A DNA stretch of 64,000 bases from Chiloscyllium plagiosum (GCF_004010195.1 NC_057719.1:10252206-10316205); one strand, 5' to 3'. Counted from the stretch's first letter, positions 12,385-24,941 are shown. The notes: generated by a model from the letters alone, not told the origin. A program made the numbers and translations.

Positions 12385-12945
12385 TTGAGTGTAGGATGTC
12401 ATGTTGAGGTTTGACAAAACATTGGTGAAGCCACTTTTGCAGTACTATGTACAGTTCTGCTTGCCCCACTACAGGAGGGATATCATTAAACTGAAGAGGA
12501 TTCAGACAAGATTTTAAGGATGTCGTCAGGAATGGAGGGTTTGAGATTTAAAAATAGGGTGGGTCTTCTTTTCAATGGAGTGTAAGGGGTTGAGGGGTGA
12601 CCTTACGGAACTTTATAAAATCATGAGGGGCATAGGTAAGGTGTATGACAGGTGTCTTTTCCCACGGGTGTGCAAGTTCAAAACAAGAGGGCATAGGTTT
12701 AAGATGAGAGCAAAGAGATTTAAAAGGAACCTAAGGGGTAACCTTTTCACACAGAGGGTGTAATGTATGTGGAATGAAGAGAAAGTGGCAGCTGGAGGAA
12801 CAGTGACAACATTTAAAAGACATTTGGAAACTGACATGAATAGGAAGGGTTTCAAGAGATATGGGGCACTCGCAGCCAAATGGGACTAGTTTAGTTTGGG
12901 AAAATTGATGGGCATGGACGGGTTGGATCAAAGAACCTGTTTTTG
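12385..12945 (+). mobile_element. CR1 LINE 3' fragment
   Basis: LRGDLTELYKIMRG..TRGHRFK..LRGNLFTQRV; tail resumes at ~13466 after the Penelope insert. Confidence 0.88.
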
Positions 12946-12948
12946 TTT

Positions 12949-13465
12949 TGGATAAGCGGTTCAAGGAGCATCTCTGGTCCACATGCATGAACCAACCCCA
13001 CCGCCCTGTGGTCAACCACTTCAACTCCCCCCCCACCCCCTCAAGGACATGCTAATCCTCCACTGCCAAATCAAAGCCACCCTCTGACTGGAGGAATAAG
13101 GCATCATCTTCTGCCTCAGGACCTTACAACCCTACGACATCAACACTGACTTCACCAGTTTCCTCATTTCCTCTCCCCCACCACCTCATCCCAGATCCAA
13201 CCCTCCAACTCGGCACCACACTCTTCACCAGTCCTACCTGTCCATCTTCCTTCCCACCGACCTGTCACAGCTACTCTCCACCTGCATCTACCTATTGCCA
13301 TCCCAGCCCCCTAGCCTCCAGCTTCACCCCCACCCTCCTATTTATCCCTCAACCTCCTTCCCTCTCCACATTCTTTATGAAGGGTTTTTGCCCGAAACAT
13401 CAAATTTCCTGCTCCTCGACCTGTTGACCTGCTGTGCTTTTTCCAACGCCACACCTTTCGACTCT
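12949..13465 (+). mobile_element. Penelope-like element 3' end: GIY-YIG endonuclease C-terminal remnant plus family B terminal repeat
   Basis: From 12951: DKRFKEHLWSTCMNQPHRPVVNHFNSP...EE*GIIFCLRTLQPYDINTDF, then a C-rich UTR and decayed hammerhead at ~13372-13405. Confidence 0.85.
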
Positions 13466-13486
13466 GTATGTCTCTATAACTCAATG

Positions 13487-13667
13487 CCTTGAGAGTGTGG
13501 TGCTGGAAAAACACAGCAGGTGAGTCAGCATCTGAAGAGCAGGAAAATTGATGTTTCGGGCAAAAGGCCTTCATCAGGAATGATGGCTCATTCTGCCTGG
13601 CCCACTGTGCTGTTCCAGCACCACACTCTTAACTCTAATCTCCAGTATCTGCAGTACTCACTTTCAC
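13487..13667. mobile_element. Penelope-like family B short inverted pair
   Basis: 15-bp duplication ctctataactcaatg at 13472-13486 and 13668-13682; minus-strand CTGATGAAGGCCTTTTGCCCGAAAC. Confidence 0.8.
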
Positions 13668-13859
13668 CTCTATAACTCAATGAGTCCTTTGAGAAAATAA
13701 CTGATCTATATTGATGATCACTAACCTGAGAACATCCCAAAGTTCTCCCTGGGCAATAGAGTCCTGCTGTAAAGTCATATCCATAGCGAGATCCCACAAG
13801 TGGCAAAGGGACAGTGAGGCGATTTAATTGTCTTTCTTTCGTGATGCTAGCTGAGTGAT

Positions 13860-14075
13860 GAATAACGGCCAGGACACATGCAAAATATTGCTGCTCTATT
13901 TTGAAATAGTGCTGTGGCAAAGTTTATTTCCAACAACGAAGGGTACAAGTGGCACTGGTTAATCACCTCATCCAAAAATTACATCTCCAAGCGTGAAACC
14001 ACTCCAGCAGCACACCGCACTAAAGCACCAGGCCAGAGGTTGTGCTCACCCTCCGAGAGTGCAACTTGCACTCAG
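13860..14075 (-). mobile_element. DeuSINE (SacSINE1/AmnSINE1-like), decayed
   Basis: Minus: gccacagcactatttcaaaatagagcag...gtgtcctggcc, resembling the Deu domain. Confidence 0.6.
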
Positions 14076-14130
14076 AAATTTAACTGGGTTTCAAGGGAGG
14101 AAGAGGAGGTTTCCAATCCCTCCAATGAGG

Positions 14131-14440
14131 GGAGGTGGTGGTGTTGTGGTGATGTCACTGGTGTAGCAATCCAGAAAGCCCAGGCCAATGCCTTACATTC
14201 CAATTTGGGCAGATGGGGAAATGAAGATTCAACAAAAAAAAGTCTGCAATAAAGAGCACATAACCATTGCTGTAAAAAAAAAACACCTGGTTCACTCATG
14301 TTCTTTAAGGAAGGAAATCTGCCATCCTTACCTGGTATGGCCTACGTGTGACTATGACTGCCCTCTGGCCAATTAGGGATTGGCAATAAATGCTCATCTA
14401 TCCACTAATGCTTGCAACCCATAAACAAATAAAAATAAAT
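14131..14440 (+). mobile_element. tRNA-derived SINE with LINE-shared tail
   Basis: Head gtggtgatgtcactggtgtagcaatccag; body ggaaggaaatctgccatccttacctgg; tail ggcaataaatgct. Confidence 0.8.
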
Positions 14441-14713
14441 TATTTGTTTTTGATTCGCTTTCACCGAGAGTAAAGGTGGCAAGATCAGCAGCCAGATTAC
14501 TTTGGCATAATTATCATCAAAGCACAGCATTCTGATGATTCCTGTGCATCATCAGAATAAGAACCTTCTAAAAGTATATTGAGGAATAAAAACTTCCTGT
14601 GAGCATTTATTATCGTCTAAGTCTCTCCTTGAGGATTACTACAGAAGAGCTAATATTTCAGTTTTCTGCTAAGCCTATGATTATGACAGATGACTGGAAG
14701 ATTCTTGCATTTA

Positions 14714-15376
14714 AGACCATAAGACATAAGGGTGGAAGTAAGGCCATTTGGCCCAATGAGTCCACTCCACCATTCAATCATGGCTGATGGGCATTTCAAT
14801 GCCACTTACCCGCACTCTCCACGTATCCCTTAATTCCTTGTGAGATTAAGAATTTATCAATCTCTGACTTGAAGACATTTAACATCCTGCCTCCACTGTG
14901 CTGCATGGCAATGAACTCCACAGGCCCACAACTCTCTGCTGAAGAAGCGTCTCCTCATTTCCGTTCTAAATTGACCCCCTCTAATTCTAAGCCCATGGGT
15001 CCTAGTATTGCTGCCTGATAGAAACAATTTCCCAGAGTCCACCCTTTCTAAGCCATGCATTATTTTGTACGTTTCTATTAGATCTCCCTTAAACCTTCTG
15101 AACTCTAGCAAAGACAATCCCAGTATCCTCAGCCATTCATCGTATGTTAGGCCTACCATTCCAGGGATCATCCATGTGAATCTCCGCTGGACACACTTCA
15201 GTGTCAGTATGTCCTTCTTGAGGTGAGGAGCCCAAAACTGGACACTGTATTCTAAATGGGGCCTAATCAGAGCTTTATAAAGTCTCAGTAGCACATCACT
15301 GCTTTTACATTCCAACCCTCTTGAAATAAACAACAACACTACATTTGCTTTCTTAACCACAGACTCAACCTGCAAG
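14714..15376 (-). mobile_element. CR1 LINE 3' fragment, well preserved
   Basis: ORF 14857..15375 LYKALIRPHLEYSVQFWAPHLKKDI..VQRRFT..GDLIETYKI; 3'UTR with short repeat tail. Confidence 0.93.
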
Positions 15377-16904
15377 TCAGGTTGCTGTATATCTTCTTAA
15401 GCATTTCTTTTTCATTTTTATTGTATGAAATAGTCCTTTTCTCTCATGTTCCAATACTGACCATCAACAGAGTGTTATAACTTCCACTAAAGCCACTCAA
15501 GACAAGAGCAGGGAGATATGCATGCCCTATAAATTCCTACCTTCCCCAGATACTACAAAGATATGGCAAATAATCAAGCCATTAGGCCCAACTAAGTCAA
15601 TGCTAAGATTTATGTTCCACACGGGTTTTCTCCTACAATTTTCACCAAATCGTTATTTTCAGTTCGAGGGAAACACATTTTTAGTCACTTATAGGTGAAT
15701 GGAAGCCTGTAAATTCAGTCTTTGAAGAAAGTGCAAATTATTAATCATGGAGAAGTCATCCAAATACCAAAACCAGTCAGAAAGAAGTTCAGCTAGTTGA
15801 TCATTATCATCAGGACTAATATTAGTAATTGTCTAAACACACACGCACACACGCGCAAATGAACTTTTACAACATATACAATGACACCCCATCATCAACG
15901 CTCAGAATTTTTGACAAAAATTTAATTTTCACTTTATTACCTCATTTCTACAACATTTTTCTTCACTTTCATACTTGAGATGTTGATGTTGATTTTGGCT
16001 TGGCCCACCCCAAGTTGCCACTGAGAAGATTTTGGTGATCTGCCTTCCATTACTGTCACAAGCACAAACTCGATACAATCAGAGTTGGAAAGAGTCTGGT
16101 TCAATCTGAGTCAGTGGCTAGAGCGAGGGAAGGAATTGATAGCAGGGTTCTGAATGGTGTCTATGACAGATTCAAAGGCAATGGCTTTTCCCAGTATTGA
16201 ACAGGAGTTAACTGTGGCGCGCCCTCGACTGGATAGCATTTGTGGATCAGAGCTAAGCTCTTCCAGACAAGTATTTTCTCTGACCATGATGTTAACCCCC
16301 AACGACGTTTGACCTGTCATTTTTAAACCTGCATGCAGTAAATCCATCTTTTTTTTTAGTGTGTATGAGAAGTGTTAGGAGTATACTGCATACCAATGTC
16401 GACATCTTCATGTAAAACGGAAGGAACGGCAGATATTTGGTGGAAATCTTTCCAGGTGTAGAAGTTTTAAAGTTTTTTAACCAATGCAATTTCTCTAGCC
16501 CAGCAGTGAAGCATGGAGCAGTGCTATCATTCTTACCTGATGTTTCAGGGTTTGCTTTCAGCTGGGAGGGATAAGTGCGGGGTGCATGCTGTGTGTAAAC
16601 ATTTCGAGGCTAACAGCTGAAATTTCCAGGCAAGCAAGATTGCTTCTTCACTGGGGCTCTGTTGGTCTCATCAAGGTCAGCTCAATTCAAGACTTGGTAG
16701 AAAAAAGGAGATAGATAGCACAGGGAGCAAGCAGCAGTCCATGGACACAGAACGTGAGCCTGTGTCCAGCTAGAGAAAGCTCAATTGACAGAATTGTTAG
16801 TTTTACTGCCAGATTTCTCTTGGGGAGGCAATGGTCTACATATGCTACTGGTGGGCTATCAGTCCAGAGAACCAGGTACTGCATTGTTCTGGGGACCTGG
16901 GCAT

Positions 16905-17225
16905 CCTGGTGGCTCAGTGATTAGATTTGCTGCCTCACAGCACCTGGTTCGATTCCACCCTTGGATGACTATCTGTGTGGAGTTTGCACGTTCTCCCCGT
17001 GTCTGCGTGGGTTTCTTCAGGGTGCTCTGGTTTCCTCCCACCGCCCAAAGATGTGCTGGTTAAAAGCGGATTGGCCAAGCTAAATTTCTCATAGTATCAG
17101 GGATGTGCAATTTACATGGGTTAGGCATGGGAAATGCAGGATTACAGGGTGGGTCTGGCTGGGATGTTCTTGGTGGGGCAGTGTGAGCTCAATGGGCCAA
17201 ATAGCCACACTGTAGGGATTCTATG
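16905..17225 (+). mobile_element. HE1 V-SINE nested in a tRNA-derived SINE (host ~16826-17585)
   Basis: ggtggctcagtgattag head and V domain; host SINE head before, body and tail after. Confidence 0.85.
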
Positions 17226-17758
17226 ATCCTACAAAAGTTTGACATGGCAGATCTTAAAATTTCAGTTCAATAAAAATCTGGAATTAAGAATTGAATGGTG
17301 ACCATGAACCATTGCCAATGGTTGTTCAAAACCCATCTTGTTTACTAACGTCCTCTACGGGAGAGAACTGCTGGCTCGCCTGTGACTCCTCCAGAGTCAC
17401 ACCATCATGGTTGACTCTGAACTGCCCTCTCAAATGGCCCTGGCAAGTCACTCAGTTGTAACAATTACGAGAAAACCTACTGCAGGGGTTCGAGAAAGCG
17501 GCTCACCATCGCCTTCTCAAGAGCAACTAGGGACGGGCAATGAATGCTGGCCAACCAGTGATGCCTATGTCCTTCGAGTGAATCGAAACAGAAAGCTCAC
17601 CTCGCAAAGCTTCAGGAAGATTGACGATGAACCTGACAGACTTCCAGCCCTTTCAGGAAGGTTAGAGACAAAAATAAGCTGCAGATGCTGGAATCCAAGG
17701 TAGACAGGCAGGAGGCTGGAAGAACACAGCAAGCCAGGCAGCATCAGGATGTGGAGAA

Positions 17759-17791
17759 GTCAACGTTTCAGGTGTAACCCTTCTTCAGGAC
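17759..17791 (-). ncRNA. Hammerhead ribozyme motif in a Penelope-like repeat (repeat ~17662-17811)
   Basis: Minus: gtc-CTGAAGA-a-gggt tac acct-GAAA-CGTT-gac; stem I gtc/gac. Confidence 0.7.
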
Positions 17792-18654
17792 CTTTCGCCA
17801 CCTCCTGATTCTCAGGAAGATTCTCACTCCTTCTCATGGGGAGAGAGAGGGAATTCTTGATAAGTCCACAGAAGGAGCATGGAAATAATGGAAGGACCAG
17901 TGCACGAACTGCAAGACTTACCTTCATATTTAATGCTTCGGATAAACTGAGTTAATCTTCTTACATAGACCTACTTCCAATCAATAATATATGCACAGTA
18001 GACAGGAAATTACATTGCCTAAAATGATTTTTTTAAAAAACAGATACAACAAGGAGCGTTAATTTTACTATCTACAAATTTAACCTTTTACAGAGGGATA
18101 GCTCCGACATGAGCTCCCCAATATCTCCATGCACAGTGGAAATTGCTACAGTCACCTTGTGCAATAAAAGGCTGTACAGCTGTACTCACAATCCATTGAT
18201 ACAGCTGGTAGCTCAGTGAAGAGAAACGTGAACAGCAGAGTGCATGCCATCCAGACACAGCGATGTTTCAGCCTCGGCCACACACTGCAGAAAAATCTGA
18301 ACACAGAGTTCTGCAAAGGCCTGTGCTGAAACTTGGTGCTAGAGCCACATTATTATTCAACGCTCGCCTTCTGTCAGAGCAGTAAGCAGGGCCTACGTTA
18401 GTTCCTGGCCAAGAAACACCTTGATCTTGACACTATTGTTTTCAAATACTTCCATGCCCCCAACCCCGCGCTGTCTCTGAAATCTCCAACCCCAGAACCA
18501 TCAGACGTATCTGCGTTCTAGTTTTTTTTTTAAGCATCTCCCATTTTAATTGCTACAACATTGGTGGCCATAGAATCAGAGTGTGATAGATTCATACAGG
18601 GCAGAAGAGGCCCTTTGGCCCACCAAAGCTGACAAGTGGACAGCACAGTGGCTC

Positions 18655-18842
18655 CAGAAGCGGCAGGGACAGACCACTATAAACACCGGAGGAAACATCA
18701 AAGAAGCGCTTCGCAGGAGGCTCCCAAGCACTGATGATGTCGCCTAGCCAGGAGACGAAACGTTTGCAACAAAAACTTCCAGCTCGGCGAACAGAACCAC
18801 AGCAACGAGCACCCGAGCTACAAATCTTCGCACAAACTTTGA
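18655..18842 (+). mobile_element. Penelope-like terminal repeat, family D, young, inserted in an HE1 head
   Basis: 10-bp duplication acagtggctc (18645-18654, 18843-18852); CpG-rich; contains a hammerhead motif. Confidence 0.8.
18728..18767 (+). ncRNA. Minimal type-I hammerhead ribozyme motif
   Basis: gca-CTGATGA-t-gtcgcct agcc aggagac-GAAA-CGTT-tgc; stem I gca/tgc; stem II with one mismatch. Confidence 0.82.
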
Positions 18843-19190
18843 ACAGTGGCTCAGTAATTACCACCTCTGCCTCACCGGGCAAGGGACCTGGATTTGATTC
18901 CGGCCTCGGGCAACTGTATGTGTGGAGTTTGCACATTCTCCCAGTGTCTGTGTGTATTTCCTCCAGGTGTTCCGGATTCCTCCCAGAGTCCAAAGATGTG
19001 CAGGTTAGATGGGTTGGCCATGCTAACTACCCACAGCATCCAGGGATTTGTAGGCTAGGTGGATTAGTCATGGGAAATGCAGGGTGACAGGGTAGGTAGG
19101 GGTGTGTCTGGGTAAAGATACTCTTTGGAGGGTTGGTGTTGACTCCGTGGGTCATATGGCCTGCTTCCACACTGTAGGGATTCCATGATG
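18843..19190 (+). mobile_element. HE1 V-SINE (head starts ~18638)
   Basis: A/B-box-like head, V domain, tail ccacactgtagggattc. Confidence 0.9.
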
Positions 19191-20294
19191 TGAGAAACAC
19201 CTAATCTTTAACCTATTCCCATTTACCTGTATTAGCCCCATAGCCTTGAATGTTACAAGGTGCACAGTCAGGAACCTTTTAAAGGATGTGAGTCAACTCG
19301 CCTCTCCCACCATCCTGGGCAGCGCATTCCAGACTGTCATCACGCTCTGAGTAAATACGTTTTTCCTCACATTCCACCCTAAAACCTTTTGCCCATCACC
19401 TTGAACCTGCATCCCCTTGTGACTGACCATTCAACTAAGGGGGGCAGCTACTCCTTATCCACTCTGTCCATGCCTCTCATTACCTTCTCCATCATGATTT
19501 CCTTGCCCAAGCTCCAAGCTCTGGAATACCCTCCCTATCATGCTCTGTCTCTCTCACATAAATTTCCTTTAGAACATTCCTACACAGCTTTAAGACACAA
19601 CCTACATTTTTAACGTAGTTTTTGGCTGAATATCTTTTGTAACTCTGCATCAAATTCTGTTTGATAATGCTTTTGTGATGGACTAAAGGCACTGTATAAA
19701 TGAAAGCTGGTGTTGTTGAAAGCCTGTCTTCGCTGCACCCAGGTCGGTCCAACACTCATACTGACCCATGGCCACTACAACCTTATTTATCCAGTTTCTA
19801 CTTCAACTTTCTCTGTCAGGCAAAGAAATGTAAGTTTTAACAGAATGTTAAAAGTTCTGGAGAAATTCCCTTTGACTAGTAGAGACAGAGGCAGAGTTAA
19901 CGTTTCAAGTTCGAAAGAGCTCTTTTACAGGATCCTGGACTCAGATTCTTTCATATTGTCATTTCAGATCTCCATCATCATAATTCTTTTGTAGAAATGT
20001 AAATAACTGAATTGAAATCAATCGTTACTGAACCAAATGTTTGGTCGTCTGTCCTGGTCACTTTAGGATCTTTTCTGTTTTAACACTTTAACAAATCAGC
20101 TCACCACCCACCTCCTCAAGGGCAACTAGAGGCGGGCGATGACAGCATGAATGTAGTTAGGGAGTTCAGGACATGCTTACTGAAGATGATTATTGACATA
20201 TTACAGTAGATCAGTGACCACAACTCAACCGTACCTCATGGGCTGTAATGTAAAACATTTTGGAGTATCCTGAAATCATAAAAGGTACTATATA

Positions 20295-20790
20295 AATGCA
20301 AAAACATAGTGAATACTGAAGAAACTCAGTGTATCTGGCAGTGCCTGTGGAGAAAGAAAAAGAGTTAACATGCAAATCCGGTACCCCTCTTCTTCAGAAC
20401 TGAAAGATGTTGGAATTTGTTTAATACACTTTTCAGAGAGATGGAGGAGGGGCAAGTGTCTGTGTTTCTTGTTATCTTTGCCCTCAGGTACGAGGACTCT
20501 CTCTCTCCCTTTCACACCTTAACTTACACACATCTTAAATTCCTTTTCTCTTTCACATCATTCACAATCTTTCTCCTTTGCCTCCATACCATCTGCCCTC
20601 TTGCTCCTCCTTCGCCTGTATAACAAGTATAAAATAACAATTCCAACCACATTCAGTTCCAAAAAACAGTCACACTAGAGCTGAATCATTAACTCCGTTT
20701 TTCTCTCTCCACAGATGCAGCCAGACCTGCTGAGTTTCTCCAGCATTCTTTGTGTTTGTCTCAGATTTGTAGCACCTGGAGCGTTTTGCT
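20295..20790. mobile_element. Penelope-like family C inverted pair, decayed
   Basis: gaagaaactcag...tctggcag...gagttaac...cttcttcagaactg mirrored by cagttcc...ttaactc...ctctccacagatgcagccagacctgctgagtttctccagca. Confidence 0.6.
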
Positions 20791-21349
20791 TCAAACTAAA
20801 TGCACATCTTTCTTATATAAACCCTTATGCAGTCATAGAGTCAGAGAGCTCTACAGCATGGAAAAAGGCCTTTCAGCCCAAACTGCCTAGGTATCCCAGT
20901 TTTCACATTAAATTAGTCCCATTTGCCCAATTGATCCATATCTCTCCATACTCATTCCATCCATGTAAAAGAAAAAAAAAATTCTCATTTGCAGCACTAC
21001 CTTTGGCAACCTATTCTTGACACTCACCATGCTCTGTGTGAAAAAACTGCCCCTCAGGACCCTTTTGTATCTCTCCGCTCCCATCCTAAACCTAAGCCCT
21101 TTAGTTTTAGACACCTCGACCATGGGGAAAAGCTGTTACCTTATTTAAGCTTCTCTTGATTTTATAGACCGCTATGTCACCCCTCAATCTCCTGTGCTCC
21201 AGTTACATTAGAAATAGGTCTATAATCTTGACATGTATAATCATAAGTGGTTCTGCTCGTAATATTCCCCCATGTGAATCAGAAGGCTATAGAATTGGAC
21301 ACAAAAAAATCTCAATAGAGTCAAGACTAGTGCTCCCGTGCAGGACTGA

Positions 21350-21880
21350 GATTAAAGCGAGGTGCTGCAGTTTGGAAAAGCAAATCTTAGCAGGACTTAT
21401 ACACTTAATGGTAAGGTCCTAGGGAGTATTGCTGAACAAAGAGACCTTGGAGTGCAGGTTCAAAGCTCCTTGAAAGTGGAGTCGCAGGTAGATAGGATAG
21501 TGAAGAAGGCGTTTGGTATGCTTTCCTTTATTGGTCAGAGTATTGAGTATTTTCCCTGGGGTCGGGGAGTCCAGAGCTAGAGGGCATAGGTTTAGGGTGA
21601 GAGGGCAAAGATATAAAAGAGACCTAAGGGGCAACGTTTTCACGCAGAGGGTGGTACGTGTATGGAATGAGCTGCCAGAGGAAGTGGTAGAGGCTGGTAC
21701 AATTGCAACCTTTAAGAGGCATTTAGATGGACATATGAATAGGAAGGGTTTGGAGGGATATGGGCTGGGTGCTGGCAGGTGGGACTAGATTGGGTTAGGA
21801 TATCTGGTCAGCATGGACGGGTTGGACCAAAGGGTCTGTTTCCGTGCTGTACCTCTCTATGACTCTTTGAGTCTATGACT
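21350..21880 (+). mobile_element. Young CR1 LINE 3' part with internal deletion
   Basis: QRDLGVQV..VDRIVKKAFGMLSFIGQSIEY joined directly to FPGVGESRARGHRFRVRG..FTQRVVRVWNELP; tail (ctatgact)n. Confidence 0.92.
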
Positions 21881-22348
21881 GAGGGACTGCTGCTCTGTTG
21901 GAGGTGCTGCCTTTCAGATGCGATGTTAAACAGAGGTCATATGTGACTGCTGGGTGAATGCAAAAGATCTCATGTTTCTTTCTCGAAAAACAGCAGGGCA
22001 GTTCTCCCAATGTTCGGCCCAGGATCGTGGGATACATCAGGGGTCTGTAACTGGGGGCTTATGGCTCCAGAGGGATCCCACTAGGCTTGCGGTCAACATG
22101 GAACTGTTGCTTGGGAACTGGGGACAGACACTGTGTTCTTGAAACCCACGTCAGGAGCAGCACCAGTGCCACCGATTTCTATCCCCACCCCGGTCATGTC
22201 CAATACTTATCCCACAATTAATATCACAAAAGCCAATTACCTGGTCATTGTTACTTTGTTGTTTGTGGGGCAAATTGGGTGGCCCCGTTTCCTACATTAT
22301 AACTGGGGTATCCTAAAGAAACTCTTTAAATGCAAGTCTTCCTCTTTC
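21880..22348 (+). mobile_element. DeuSINE (SacSINE1/AmnSINE1-like) with an internal insert
   Basis: ggaggtgctgcctttcagatg..aaaagatctcatg..ctggtcattg..tgtttgtggg..gtttcctacatta..aaatgcaagtctt. Confidence 0.78.
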
Positions 22349-23198
22349 TTATTGCCTGCTGATAGAATATTTCACAGCGTACAGTAGAAGGAATAATGTG
22401 CTAGCAAATCAAATACAGAAAACTAGAAGCAGATGGATAGAAATCTGATGACCTTGAGGGCTCTCAGCTTAAAAACCTGTGCCCTAATTGGCAGCATTGG
22501 AATATACTGAGTGTAATTAGTACAATTACAATCATGTAGGTTAATTATGCAGAGAAGGCTTTACCTAAAATGTAAAACCAGCATAGGAAACAATTCAGAT
22601 TAATGGTCAATTTTGCTCAACGAGTCCATGGATTTATCAAGCAACACATTCAATTATCCGACAGAGTTATCTTGAGAGCCCATCGGATTTGCTCAAGGTT
22701 GAAGATTTTGATGTTCGGATATTTCCAGTGTAAAGATTGATTTTATTCACCACCTCATTCAAAAATGCATGCCTCTGCCAACCAGGCGGTGTACTGTTAT
22801 CCAACAATTTATCGCAGATGATGAGTTTTGAAAAGCACCAATATGACAGAAATAATCGTCAGATCTGTGTAATTTGAAAGGGATTAATTTCACTGGGAGA
22901 TATCAGGGGGAAGAAAAAAGCACACAGGGGATAAAGGATGAAGTACCGAGAGGATTTGATTTTAATCCGACGAATGACATTATGGTCAGCAACATAAATG
23001 GAAAATCCAGATAAATCCCCCATGCGTTCCATTTACATCAAATGCTCAAAAGTCATAGATATTTGTATATTAAGTACAAACTAAATTGATGCAGACATTT
23101 ATGCTCAACTGTGCCATGGGATGTACTTTACTTATATTGCCGAATATATCACATGTAATCTGATCACATGCTTTACATTTGCAGTTACTTCATAACAG

Positions 23199-23434
23199 TG
23201 TAGTGATTGTAATGAGGTCAGAAAGGTGGACCGAGAGACTATGAGTTCCCTGATTGGGGCTGTCAATCTGATCCAACCAAGAAGTCCTGGCTGACAGATG
23301 AAAGGAGGGAGTGTCAGAGATACTCACTCTCGAGAACCTGCATCTGAATGAGGCAGTATTAAAGTCAAGTCCCGTTCATGTTCAGATAAAGGATGACTTA
23401 ATGACAGGACACCTGTCTCTGTGGAGTTATTTCA
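23199..23434 (+). mobile_element. Solo LTR, family 1
   Basis: TGTAGTGA...GGAGTTATTTCA termini; homologous to copies at 31522, 34423 and 59432. Confidence 0.75.
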
Positions 23435-23816
23435 AATGGAGTTAGGCTATTCTAAGCCTGACTGAGTTTAATAACTTTAGCAAAACAGAAAGAATCTCTC
23501 AGCAGCTGATGGAATGAACCAGGAAACATGAATTCACATTTTTGGGCTCAGATTTTCTCCCCAAGTCAGGGTCAGGCACGGAGTTGGGTGATATACAGTT
23601 TCTGTACACCTAACTTTTAAAATCCATGGATATTTGAGCAAGGGGTGGGAGCTGAATTTTATATTCAGAAGGGTCCAGGAAGTTCCCAGAAGGCAGGGTG
23701 GAGGGAAAGCTGTCTCGGGGACTCTGCCACTGTATGCAGAGTTTGAAATGAAATTTAATCAGAAAATGTCTCTCACCCTTTATTCCATTCCTTATCCAGC
23801 CAAACAATAAGGCCAA

Positions 23817-24941
23817 ACGATAAGGTTCCCCACAGTAGACTATTATACAAAATGCGGAGGAATGGGATTGTGGGAGACATAGCAGGTTGGATCAGTAATT
23901 GGCTTGCTGAAAGAAAACAGAGGGTTGTAGTTGACGGAACATGTTCATCTTGGTGTCCAGTTACTAGCGGTGTAACGCAAGGGTTGATGTTGGGTCCACT
24001 GCTGTTCATCATTTTTATAAATGGCCTGGATGAGGGCTTAGAAGGGTGGGTTAGTAAATTTGCTGATGACACTAAGGTCGGTGGAGTTGTGGATAGTGAC
24101 GAAGGATGTAGTAGATTGCAGAGAGACATAGATAGGATGCAGAGCTGGGCTGAGAGGTGGCAAATGGAGTTTAATGTAGACAAGTGTGAGGTGATACACT
24201 TTGGCCGGAGTAATATGGAATGCAAAGTACTGGGCTACTGGTAGGATTCTTGGGAGTGCAGATGAGCATAGAGATCTCGGTGTCCATGTACAGATTGACA
24301 GGGTTGTTAAGAAGGCATACAGTGTTTTGGCCTTTACTAATAGAGGGATTGAGTTCCGGAACCAGGAGGTTATGCTGCAGCTGTACAAAGCTCTGGTATG
24401 GCCACACTTGGAGTATTGTGTACAGTCTGGTCACCGCATTATAAGAAGGATGTGGAAGCTTTGGAAAGGGTGCAGAGGAGATTTACTAGGATGTTGCCTG
24501 GTATGGAAGGAATGTCTTACGAGGAAAGGCTGAGGGCCTTGAGGCTGTTCTCGTTAGAGAGAAGAAGGTTGAGTGGTGACTTAATAGAGACATACAAGAT
24601 AATCAGAGGGTTAGATAGGGTGGACAGGGAGAGCCTTTTTCCAAGTATTGGGACGGCAAACATGAGAGGACACAACTTTAAAGTGAGGGGAGACAGATGT
24701 ATAAGACAGATGTCAGAGGTAGCTTCTTTACTCAGAGAGTAGTAAGGGTATGGAATGCTTTGCCTACATTGGTAGTAGATTCGCCAAGTTTAAGTGCATT
24801 TAAGTCGTCATTGGACAGGCAAATGGACGTACATGGAATAGCGTAGGTGGGATGGACTTCAGATTAGTATGACAGGGCGGTGCAACATCGAGGGCCGAAG
24901 GGCCTATACTGCGCTGTTATGTTCTATGTTCTATGTTCTAA
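23817..24941 (+). mobile_element. Young CR1 LINE: RT core to 3' end, frameshifted
   Basis: [41 protein letters not shown]; (ttctatg)n tail. Confidence 0.95.

Noticed and set aside
23817..24941. Active autonomous LINE
   Set aside because: 5'-truncated and frameshifted; no intact retroelement ORF exists in the window
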